DNA of 64,000 bases from Spirochaetota bacterium (GTDB lineage: Bacteria; Spirochaetota; UBA12135; COTS27; JAFLEE01), in contig JAFLEE010000006.1 in assembly GCA_017302015.1 (NCBI GenBank), positions 1 to 64,000 of the forward strand. The letters are read 5' to 3'. Position numbers and translations under genes: made by a program. How positions within the stretch are numbered: the stretch's first letter is position 1; every line of letters begins with the position of its first letter. This document shows positions 9,319 to 17,315 of this stretch, in pieces. The notes under the pieces were generated by a model. It searched no databases, had not been told where the DNA came from, and saw only the letters and a program-made list of their open reading frames with translations.

Positions 9319-9579
9319 ATGGTGAGCATCCTGAGTTTTATGGTCGTGCGCGTGGGCGCCACGGAATCGGTGACCGAGGCGCTGCGGGCGATCCCCCAGG
9401 TCTCCGACGTCTACTCCATCACCGGCAAGTACGACCTCGCGGTGCGCCTCGAGGGGCGCACCAGCGAGGAGATCTTCGGGATCTTCACGGATTCCATCGA
9501 GAAGATCGAGGGGATCGTCGTGTTCGAATCGCACCTCATCATGCAGCATTGGGCGCGGGGGAGCGCTCCGGTCCGCTGA
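9319..9579 (+). CDS. Stand-alone Lrp/AsnC ligand-binding (RAM) domain protein
   Basis: 86 aa: MVSILSFMVVRVGATESVTEALRAIPQVSDVYSITGKYDLAVRLEGRTSEEIFGIFTDSIEKIEGIVVFESHLIM. This is a typical AsnC C-terminal domain with no HTH. It lies 10 nt after the previous gene. Confidence 0.65.
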   Translation: MVSILSFMVVRVGATESVTEALRAIPQVSDVYSITGKYDLAVRLEGRTSEEIFGIFTDSIEKIEGIVVFESHLIMQHWARGSAPVR

Positions 9580-9627
9580 GCCCCGCCCGCGCCGCGACCG
9601 CTCCCACGCGCGGCCATCGGCGCCGCG

Positions 9628-10404
9628 TCAGAAGGCCTGGTCCTGCGGCGATTGCCAAACGCGCACCCAATCGATGAGGAAGGAGTCGGGCAGGGCGGCG
9701 GTCGCGATGTCTCCGCCCCATTTGCCGACCTCCAACGAAAAGATGAGGTGGGAGCGGACTTCGGAGACGGGACCTTCCAGCCGCCCGGTCTCCTGCTCGT
9801 CCACGAAGAAGCGGTACCCCTCCCGGGTCCAGAGCATCGCGAAGGTATGCCAGCCCGAGTCGATACCGGCGACGACGGTATGGACGTTAGTGGATTGGTG
9901 CCCGCTCCCGTAGCCGCCCCAGTGGAGCGTGTGGTTGGCGACTCGGTCCAATTTGCCGTTGCGCAGGTACTCGAAAATATCCAACTCGACCCCGCCCGTT
10001 TGCGGCGGGAGGGCCTTGTCCATGCGATGCGGCATCATCCAGAAGGCGGACCAATGGCCGGGCTGGGTTTGGGGGCGCGCGCGGCACTCGAAGTACCCGC
10101 GGATGAAACCTTTCCTCCCGGCGGAGCTCACCCCGCCCGTGACATAGCAGTCCCCCTCCCGCCGCGTCGTGATGGCGAGGTTCCCGTTCCCGTCGAGGGC
10201 CGCGGCGTCCGCTTGATTCACGGCGTCTCGGCGCGGCCCCGGCGCCCAAGAGGACCACGCATTGGTATCAAACGAGCCGCCTGCGGGGCCCTCGAACTCA
10301 TCGGCGAAGACGAGGCGGTAATCGAGGCCTCGGATCGCCGGGGGCGGGAGGGATACGGCGGGCGCGCTGCATAACAGGACGAGGAGCGGTAGGGTGCGTG
10401 CCAT
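9628..10404 (-). CDS. Glycoside hydrolase family 16 (secreted beta-glycanase)
   Basis: Signal peptide MARTLPLLVLLCSAPAVS. GH16 catalytic motif ELDIFE (ExDxxE) plus a WSAFWMM block. An alternative start at 10434 is possible. Confidence 0.8.
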   Translation of the reverse strand: MARTLPLLVLLCSAPAVSLPPPAIRGLDYRLVFADEFEGPAGGSFDTNAWSSWAPGPRRDAVNQADAAALDGNGNLAITTRREGDCYVTGGVSSAGRKGFIRGYFECRARPQTQPGHWSAFWMMPHRMDKALPPQTGGVELDIFEYLRNGKLDRVANHTLHWGGYGSGHQSTNVHTVVAGIDSGWHTFAMLWTREGYRFFVDEQETGRLEGPVSEVRSHLIFSLEVGKWGGDIATAALPDSFLIDWVRVWQSPQDQAF

Positions 10405-10458
10405 CGGAGATCCTTTCGGTTGTCGCGGTCTCATCGGCTGGTTTTTTTAAGCGCGAGC

Positions 10459-11979
10459 TCACATCCCCTGCATCGGCCGGTTGAGGAACCCCGTCTCCCG
10501 CCAATCCGCCGCCCAATAGCCGCTGCCGGGCTTATAGCGCGCTTTGATGCGCTCGACCAGGTCGGGCCGGCCCAACTTCTCATAGTGCTCCACGACGCGA
10601 TCGAGGCGGCCGCGCAGGTGGTAGGCCCCGCCCTCCTCGATCACCCGCATGAAGGGGTCTTCCTTCCGGTCCGATTTGAGGATCTGCTCATCGACCCATC
10701 CCTGGAGTCTCGCCAGGCCCTCGTGGACGCGTTCGGGCATCGACGGGGCCAGGTCGGCGAGCTCGTGGGGGTCGGTGTTGCGGTTGAAGAGCAGGTGCTC
10801 GGGGAACTCGCGTACGGGATCGCGGTAGGTCTTGATGAGGATGTTTTCTCCCCAGATCACCGCCCGCATGGAACTCCAAGCCGAGTTGGAAATGACCAGC
10901 GACTCCCGCCCCGCTTCCCGGCCGGCGAGGAAGGCGTCCTTGAAACCCACGGCGTCCCACTTTTCGGGCACCCGCATGCCCAGGAGTTCGACGACGGTGG
11001 CCGTGAGGTCGAATTGATAATGGAGCCCGGCGTCGACCCGGGGTTTTAAACCGGGCCATTTCACGATCATGGGCACCCGATTGGTGATGAGGTCGGCGGT
11101 CTGGTGGTCGCCGTAGATGCCCAGTTCACCCTGGTTTTCGCCGTGGTCGGAGGAGATGATGATGGCCGTCTCATCGTAAATACCCAGTTTTTTCAGGTGG
11201 GCGACGACTTTCCCCACCGCCTCGTCGGCGAACCGGATGCCGGTGTCGTAGCCGTCGATATGGCGCTTGTAATCCGCGAGGGTCTTGATCTCCCGCACTA
11301 CCCGCGGGTAGTTCTTGTAATAGTCTTCGCTGGGCCAATCGGTGAGGCGGCTCGCGGCGCAATGCTGGCCGAAATTGCCGTAGTCGCGGTCGATGCGGTC
11401 TTGGGTGATCCAGGGGGCCACGGGATCGCCAGTGAACGGGTTTCCGTAGTCAGCGGGGGTGCGGTAGGGGGTGTGGGGATCCCAGATATTGAAGTGGAGG
11501 TAGAAGTCTTTCTTGCCTTTCAGGCGGTCGAGCATGCCCAGGGCCGTGGGGGTGACCTCGGTCTGGATCTCCATGCCCCCCTTGCCGCAATCGTAGACCT
11601 CGTGGAAGCCGGCGAGGTACCACCACGAATCGTGGCGGCCGGCGAAGGAACTCACGAGGGCGTTATAGGAGCCCGCCTGCTTGAGCACCTGCACGAACTT
11701 CTTGTAGGCGTAGGTATTCCCGAAGGCGCGCCCCGGGCCCTCGGGGTAGGGATCGGCGAAGGTGCCCCCGTGGTTGAGGGCCCCGTTATGGATGCCGAAG
11801 CGCCCGTGGTGGAGCGCCGAGCGCGAGGGCAGGCAGGGCGCATCGGGGACGAAGCAGGCGTCGAAACGCACCGCCTCTTTCGCGACGGCGTCGATGTGCG
11901 GCGAGGTGTTGCGGTGGTAGCCGTAGCAGCCCAGATGGTCGGGGCGCAGGGTATCGATATCGATATAGACGATCTTCAC
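10459..11979 (-). CDS. Cys-type sulfatase (formylglycine-dependent), no signal peptide
   Basis: Begins VKIVYIDIDTLRPDHLGCYG... and carries the sulfatase signature CLPSRSALHHGR (CxPxR). The ORF N-terminal extension to 12513 overlaps the whole IclR gene and is rejected. The GTG start overlaps the IclR TGA stop as GTGA. Confidence 0.8.
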   Translation of the reverse strand: MKIVYIDIDTLRPDHLGCYGYHRNTSPHIDAVAKEAVRFDACFVPDAPCLPSRSALHHGRFGIHNGALNHGGTFADPYPEGPGRAFGNTYAYKKFVQVLKQAGSYNALVSSFAGRHDSWWYLAGFHEVYDCGKGGMEIQTEVTPTALGMLDRLKGKKDFYLHFNIWDPHTPYRTPADYGNPFTGDPVAPWITQDRIDRDYGNFGQHCAASRLTDWPSEDYYKNYPRVVREIKTLADYKRHIDGYDTGIRFADEAVGKVVAHLKKLGIYDETAIIISSDHGENQGELGIYGDHQTADLITNRVPMIVKWPGLKPRVDAGLHYQFDLTATVVELLGMRVPEKWDAVGFKDAFLAGREAGRESLVISNSAWSSMRAVIWGENILIKTYRDPVREFPEHLLFNRNTDPHELADLAPSMPERVHEGLARLQGWVDEQILKSDRKEDPFMRVIEEGGAYHLRGRLDRVVEHYEKLGRPDLVERIKARYKPGSGYWAADWRETGFLNRPMQGM

Positions 11980-12731
11980 GGGAGGGCTCCTTCGGCCCGT
12001 TTGCGGGCCAGTTCGAGGATTTCGACGATGTGCTTGCGGTGGGAGGGCGAGTCGTTGGCGGGGACGGCCGCCTCGGCGATGGCGTAGAGGAACGTCGCCC
12101 CGCCCGCGCGGGGGGCGACGGCGATGGCGTAGCGGCGGATGCCGTTGGCGTTCCCTCGCTCGTCGAACACCACGGCCTCGGGGTCGGTGGCCTCGATGCG
12201 GCGGCGCGCCTGGTCCCAGGTGAGGGGATCTTTCATGGCGAGGATGCCCCGGAAACGGGCCGTGTCGAGGGTGCGTTCGATGGCCTCGGGGGGCATGCGG
12301 CGGAGCATGAGCCGCGCGGGCGCGTCGAGTTCTTGGAGGGTGCGCAGGAACCCGGGTTGGGCGAGGATGCGCACCGCCTGGTCCTCGGGTTCGAGTTTGT
12401 CGTACCAGTAGAGGTCGGTGCCGCGGCGGGTGAGGAGCTCGGCGGCTTGGCCCGTGCGCGTGGCGAGGACCGTAAGTTGGGCGCGCAGAAACGCGATGAC
12501 CTCTTCGCCCCATGGGAGGTCTTTCTCGAGGCGGAAGAGGGGCCGGTAGCGCTTCCCGGCGTCGCGCAGCACGTAGCCTCGGCGTTCCAAGGTCCGCAGC
12601 ATGCGCAGGAGGGTGGCGGCCGGGAGCCCGGTTTTTTCCCTGATTTCGGCATGGGTCGCCCCGGAGCCAGGCAGGAGGCCCAGGGCTTCCAGAAGCGTGA
12701 GGAGTTTATCGGAGGGTTCGCTAGATTCCAT
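11976..12731 (-). CDS. IclR family transcriptional regulator
   Basis: 251 aa with an N-terminal HTH (LLTLLEALGLLPGSGATHAEIREKTGLPAATLLRMLRTLERRGYV) and an IclR-type effector domain. Confidence 0.8.
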   Translation of the reverse strand: MESSEPSDKLLTLLEALGLLPGSGATHAEIREKTGLPAATLLRMLRTLERRGYVLRDAGKRYRPLFRLEKDLPWGEEVIAFLRAQLTVLATRTGQAAELLTRRGTDLYWYDKLEPEDQAVRILAQPGFLRTLQELDAPARLMLRRMPPEAIERTLDTARFRGILAMKDPLTWDQARRRIEATDPEAVVFDERGNANGIRRYAIAVAPRAGGATFLYAIAEAAVPANDSPSHRKHIVEILELARKRAEGALP

Positions 12732-12760
12732 ATATGGAATAAAAAATACTGTATATGAAA
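12728..12760. promoter_or_regulatory. AT-rich palindromic element at the iclR start (candidate operator/promoter)
   Basis: CCATATATGG is a perfect 10-bp palindrome overlapping the iclR ATG. It is followed by AATAAAAAATACTGTATATG (inverted CATATA/TATATG) in an otherwise 70% GC context. Confidence 0.3.
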
Positions 12761-12885
12761 TTATAGGTCACTGCGAAACCTCTGTCAAGGCAACGGCTCG
12801 GGCGCTGGGCCGATTTCGAATCGTGCCGTACGGAGGGGGGCCACCTCGGATCCCGGGTGGAGAGGAGGCCCCTGGGGGGCGCCGT

Positions 12886-13563
12886 TTAAACCGCTTCGAT
12901 CCGCGGGGCGAACAAGGTTCCCATGAGCGTGCGCACCCGCGTCAGGAACCAATAGGCCCACAGGGCCGGGGATTCTGTCTCGGCCATGCGGGCGGCGACT
13001 TCGGCCTGGGGCAATTCGATCGTCTGGGTGGCGGTGATGCCGCGGCGGATCTCGGTCTGGAGGGAGGCCACCCAAGCCCCGCCCTTGGGGGCGAAGGCCG
13101 GCAGGCGATCGTGCATGAGGTGATTGCGGGCGAGGCGGAGATCGGAAGCCAGGCCCTCGTGGAGATAGGGGAGCACCCGGTGGAACTTGGCCATGGAACC
13201 CAATTGGAAAAGGTTGAGCCGGGCGAGGTCTTCCGCGTCGCGGATGGACCGCACGCCCCCCGCCGCGTGGGGATCGCGTACGGAGAGGCTCCCGTCCTTT
13301 TCCATCTTCTCCTCGAGGAGGAGCAGGAGCGATTGCTCATAGAGCACTCCGCTGACGACGCAGCAGGCTTCCCATAGGCCGAAATAATAGTTCTGGTGGG
13401 CGTGGAAGAGGAGGTCGAGGATGCGTTTGACGCGCGGGTGGGAGTCGGCGCCCACCTTCAGCCGGCCATGGGCGAGTTTGCTGCGGCGCTCCTCGGCGCG
13501 GGCGAGGGCCGCCGCATCGTAGCGCTCAGCGAGGGGGACGGGATTGGGCGGGGATTCGGCCAT
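12886..13563 (-). CDS. Hypothetical protein co-transcribed downstream of the flotillin-like gene
   Basis: 225 aa from ATG 13563 (MAESPPNPVPLAERYDAAALARAEERR...). No recognisable domain. There is a 20-bp gap after the SPFH gene stop. The longer ORF to 14154 is an antisense artefact. Confidence 0.4.
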   Translation of the reverse strand: MAESPPNPVPLAERYDAAALARAEERRSKLAHGRLKVGADSHPRVKRILDLLFHAHQNYYFGLWEACCVVSGVLYEQSLLLLLEEKMEKDGSLSVRDPHAAGGVRSIRDAEDLARLNLFQLGSMAKFHRVLPYLHEGLASDLRLARNHLMHDRLPAFAPKGGAWVASLQTEIRRGITATQTIELPQAEVAARMAETESPALWAYWFLTRVRTLMGTLFAPRIEAV

Positions 13564-13583
13564 GGGGTCGTGGTCGGCGGGGC

Positions 13584-15656
13584 TCAGGCCCCCGCCTCCG
13601 GGGTCGCGCCCTCTTTTACGGGCGCTTTCCTGACGCCGGAGATCTTGTCGGTGAGGAACGCCGAGAGGAGGCCGCCGAGGTTCTCGCCGCCCTGCACGAG
13701 GAAGTCGGGGGTGACCTTCACTTTGCCCGCGGCCACCTGCTTGGCGATCTCGATGGCCGTGACGCCCTGGGCGCCGACGGCCTTGTTCTGGAGTTCGTAG
13801 GCCTTGGCCGTCGCCTCGCCGATGGCGAGGATCTTGGAGCCCTCGGCGTCGCCCTTGGCCTTGATGCCCTTCGCCTCGCCCTCGGCGCGCAGCCGGATGC
13901 CCTCGGCGTCGCCCTCGGCCGTGCGGATGACCTTCTGCTTGTTCTGGTCGGCGATCTTCACCCCGATCTCGGCCTCCACCAGGTTCTTCTGCTGCTCGGC
14001 CTCGGACCGCGTCTTCTCGGTGGCGATGCGGGATTGCTCGGCCTTCTGCTGCTCCTGGTACATCGCCTGCTGCTGCTGGGCGATGATCTTCATGGTCTGG
14101 GTGTCCATGAGTTCCTGGGGCAGGTTGATCTGGCAGATGAGGACCGAGACGCATTCGACGTGGTACTTCTCGAGTTCCGCGCGGGTGCGCTCCTCCGCCT
14201 TCTTCTGCTCCGCCTGGCGGTCCTGCATGAAGTTCATGGCGGAGGTGGAGGAGGCCTGGTTGCGGAAGCTGGAGTCGATCATGGGGTGGATGACGTGCTG
14301 GATGAGGCCGTCGATGCTGCCGATTTTGGCCACCATATAGGGGGCCTGGTCGGGGCGCACGCGGATGATCACCTTCACCGAGACGCTGATCTCGAAGCCG
14401 TCCCGGGAGACGACCTTGAGGGGGTCGAAGCGGGTCTCCTCGCCGCCGTCCCAGTCGATGGTGATATTGGTGGTATCGATGATGTAGACGATGAAGGCGC
14501 GGCGGTTGAGGTAATAGATGCCCGGCCCGGCGACCTCCTGCTGGATGCCCCGGTAGCCCTTGGGCACGACGTAGCGCTCGATGCCCACGGAGAAGCGGCG
14601 CTCGGGCGACTCGGGCACTTCCCCCGAGGGGCGCACCTTCTCGCGGGCGGCCGTCTCGTCCACCAATTTCTTCACGTCGGCCGGCTCGTCGCCCACGTTC
14701 GAGACCACGACCGCGACCTGGCCGCGCTCCACCACCGCCACGTCGTCGAGTTCGACCTGGAACATCATCGGGTTGATGTAGTAGGTGCCCGGCTTCAGCA
14801 CGTCGAATTGGGGCCCGCGCTGGCCGCCGGAGGCGAGGAAGGCCGAGGCGTTCTGGAAATCGGCGTGCTTGGCCACCGTCTTGGCCACGTACTCGGTCTC
14901 GGGGAGGGGCTCCCCGTCGCGGGCCGTCACCAGGCCGACCTTGCCGGCGGGGATGATGACCGCGTCGCGCACCTCGACTTTAAAGAGATCGGTATTGATG
15001 CGGTAGGTGCCGGGGAGCAGGATATCGATCTGGGGGCCCTTCTGCCCCCCGTTGCGCAAGAAGGCCTCGCCGTTCTCGAAATTGGCGTGGCCCTCGGCCT
15101 TCTTGGCCAGCAGGCGCCCGGAGGCGATCGCCTGGCCGTCCATGGCGGTGACCACGCCGATCTTCCCCGTATCGATGACGATGCAGGGTTCGATGCGCAC
15201 CTTGAAGAGCGCGGGGTTGATGCGGTAATTGCCGGGGGGGAGGATCTCGATCTGGGGGCCCTTCTCGCCCCCGTTCTTCAGGAACGCCTCGCCGTTCTGG
15301 AAGGAGGCGTGGTCCTTGGCTACGGCGGCGAAGATCTTGCCCGGAGGGATGGGGTTGCCGTCGATGGACTCGAGGATGCCGATCTGGGTTTCGTTCACCT
15401 TCGTGAAGGCGACCTTCCACGATTTATAGATGAAGGGGATGACGAAATGCAGCCCCGGCCCGAGGGTGCTCGCTTGCACGCCCACTTCGCCGGCCATGGC
15501 CATCACGCGCCCCCGGGGCATGCCCTTGCCGATCCAGCGGCGCTCCAAGACCGCGATCTCCTGCCCGCCCACCACGACGAAGGACTTCAGGAGGATGATG
15601 AACAGGCCCAGGCCGATCGCGCCGTAGAAGAGGACACCGCCAACTTCAAAACCCAT
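13584..15656 (-). CDS. SPFH/band-7 flotillin-like protein with three inserted ~74-aa tandem repeats
   Basis: 690 aa. An N-terminal TM helix is followed by the SPFH core. The C-terminus is a flotillin-type EA/coiled-coil tail (…AEGDAEGIRLRAEGEAKGIKAKGDAEG…). Residues ~112-335 contain 3 repeats of the form ...F(Q/E)NGEAFL.NGG.KGPQI(D/E)IL.PG.YRIN..LFKV... Confidence 0.75.
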   Translation of the reverse strand: MGFEVGGVLFYGAIGLGLFIILLKSFVVVGGQEIAVLERRWIGKGMPRGRVMAMAGEVGVQASTLGPGLHFVIPFIYKSWKVAFTKVNETQIGILESIDGNPIPPGKIFAAVAKDHASFQNGEAFLKNGGEKGPQIEILPPGNYRINPALFKVRIEPCIVIDTGKIGVVTAMDGQAIASGRLLAKKAEGHANFENGEAFLRNGGQKGPQIDILLPGTYRINTDLFKVEVRDAVIIPAGKVGLVTARDGEPLPETEYVAKTVAKHADFQNASAFLASGGQRGPQFDVLKPGTYYINPMMFQVELDDVAVVERGQVAVVVSNVGDEPADVKKLVDETAAREKVRPSGEVPESPERRFSVGIERYVVPKGYRGIQQEVAGPGIYYLNRRAFIVYIIDTTNITIDWDGGEETRFDPLKVVSRDGFEISVSVKVIIRVRPDQAPYMVAKIGSIDGLIQHVIHPMIDSSFRNQASSTSAMNFMQDRQAEQKKAEERTRAELEKYHVECVSVLICQINLPQELMDTQTMKIIAQQQQAMYQEQQKAEQSRIATEKTRSEAEQQKNLVEAEIGVKIADQNKQKVIRTAEGDAEGIRLRAEGEAKGIKAKGDAEGSKILAIGEATAKAYELQNKAVGAQGVTAIEIAKQVAAGKVKVTPDFLVQGGENLGGLLSAFLTDKISGVRKAPVKEGATPEAGA
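14651..15325 (-). repeat. Three tandem in-frame repeats of ~222 bp within the flotillin-like gene
   Basis: The protein-level triple repeat is mirrored by three consecutive plus-strand shadow ORFs of identical 222-nt spacing (14785, 15007, 15229), all beginning MPG..IS.WGP. Confidence 0.7.
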
Positions 15657-15826
15657 ATCTGGCTCCCGGCGTCGGGTCGCGGTTTGCGGCCCGTAAAGCG
15701 ACGCCTAGAGCTATTTAATGTTGGAAGGCCCGCGCCGTCAATGCTCGGGACACTCCCGATCGCAAGGAGTCTGGATCGAGGCGGTTTCGGTCGCGATCCG
15801 CTGCCCGCGCCTTCCCCGCGGGGGGC

Positions 15827-17077
15827 CTATTTCGCGCTGCGCCCGATCACCAGCACCTGACCCGCATAGTAGGAGAGCCCTTCGGGGAGGGTCTTCACCG
15901 TCAAGACCGCCGTATGCTCGCCGGGGGCCTGCTCGGGCAGGTAGAAAAACCGCGCGTAGCGCCGGATTTTTTCGGTCTGGGGACGCTTCACCACGATGGG
16001 CGCGCCGCCGTCGATGGAGACCTCGACCTCCATGCCTTCGCCGTGGGGGATGTCGCTGAAGCCCAGCGTCAGGCCGTTCCACTTCACGGTGAGGGTCTCG
16101 CCGGCCTTCCCGCATTTCAAGGCGCCCCGCAGCATGCTGTGGGTGCGGCCGAAATCTTCCCGGTAGATGGCGTCTTTTTCTTTGTCGACGGGCGCCCAAC
16201 CGGCGCTATGGGCGAGGTTGGAGGCGGGCAGGAGCATGGCGGATTCCCAGGCGCGCGCTTCGAGGGGGGCGGGCAGGGCGTGGGGCGCGAGCTTCCCCTC
16301 GGCCTTCATCACCAGGAAGGAGCGCGCGAGGATGTCGCGGTAGATCTCGTGGCCGGCGTCGCCCGGGTGGGTGCCATCTTTCGAGAAGACGATCTTGCCC
16401 TCGACCTCGACGTTGGATTTGAAGATCAGGCTGCCGGCCTGCTCGCGCTTAAAAATTTCGACCCCGAAGTCGATGGAGGGGATGCCGTAGGCGTTGGCGA
16501 GGTTCTCCATGATGGCGCCGAACCAGGGGCTCTTGCCCGCGGCGAAATCTTTCAGCATGGGCTGGTGGATGGTGTAGACGAGGCAGATATCGATGCGGGG
16601 ATCCTTCTTCCAGATCTGGCGCATGATGCCTTCGGCGGATTTGGCCTCGTAACCGCCGCCGCCGTTGACCCGGTGCTCCATGAAGACGAGGTCGGGATTC
16701 TTTTCGAGCACGTCGCCGGCCAGGCGGCACGCGCCGTAATCGGAACCGGTGCCCGAGATCGCCGCATTGATCTCGACGGGCTCGGCCTTGGGGAATTGGG
16801 CCTTGAACCAGGCGAGGGTCTTGGGCCGCCAGCCGTTGGCCGCGGTGATGCTCCCGCCGAGGTAGGCGATGCGCACCGGGCCGCCGGCCTCCATTTTAGC
16901 GAAAAAATGGGGCAGGCCGCGGCGCACGCGTAGTTCTTCGGGAACTTTCGGATCGTAGGCGACCACGAGGCCGCCGGTGCCCTTTCCTTTTTCCATGGAT
17001 GCTCCTGCCATCTCCCCCGCGGCGAACAACCCCGCGCTGGCGAGGATCAGGCCGAATAACGCTGTGGAAGGCTTCAT
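15827..17077 (-). CDS. SGNH/GDSL-type hydrolase (carbohydrate esterase-like), secreted
   Basis: Signal peptide MKPSTALFGLILASAGLFAA. GDSL-block IAYLGGSITAANGW. C-terminal beta-rich domain. Confidence 0.6.
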   Translation of the reverse strand: MKPSTALFGLILASAGLFAAGEMAGASMEKGKGTGGLVVAYDPKVPEELRVRRGLPHFFAKMEAGGPVRIAYLGGSITAANGWRPKTLAWFKAQFPKAEPVEINAAISGTGSDYGACRLAGDVLEKNPDLVFMEHRVNGGGGYEAKSAEGIMRQIWKKDPRIDICLVYTIHQPMLKDFAAGKSPWFGAIMENLANAYGIPSIDFGVEIFKREQAGSLIFKSNVEVEGKIVFSKDGTHPGDAGHEIYRDILARSFLVMKAEGKLAPHALPAPLEARAWESAMLLPASNLAHSAGWAPVDKEKDAIYREDFGRTHSMLRGALKCGKAGETLTVKWNGLTLGFSDIPHGEGMEVEVSIDGGAPIVVKRPQTEKIRRYARFFYLPEQAPGEHTAVLTVKTLPEGLSYYAGQVLVIGRSAK

Positions 17078-17315
17078 GGGTATGTCCGGGGGCGATGTGC
17101 CGCAATATTTTACGCTGAAGGTCTCGGGGGGATCGGGGTGGATGATTGGCGCGGGGCCGCCCATGTGGGGCGTCGAAGCTCGGCAAACCCGCCTTGATTC
17201 TCGGGATCCGCGGAGGTATACTGCTTGGTAGCGGTAAGAACAACCGCTTCAATAGAGAGGTTCCCGTGGGAGGGCATCGGAAAATCCGCCGGATTCGCTT
17301 CGGGAGCCCTCGCCC

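Noticed and set aside
10459-12513. 684-aa version of the sulfatase ORF
   Set aside because: The N-terminal 178 codons (RPHR-rich) overlap the entire IclR gene in another frame. The sulfatase core starts exactly at a GTG that overlaps the IclR stop.
14785-15429. Three consecutive 73/73/66-aa plus-strand ORFs all starting MPG..IS.WGP
   Set aside because: They are not genes. They are the antisense reflection of the three 222-bp tandem repeats inside the flotillin-like gene on the minus strand.
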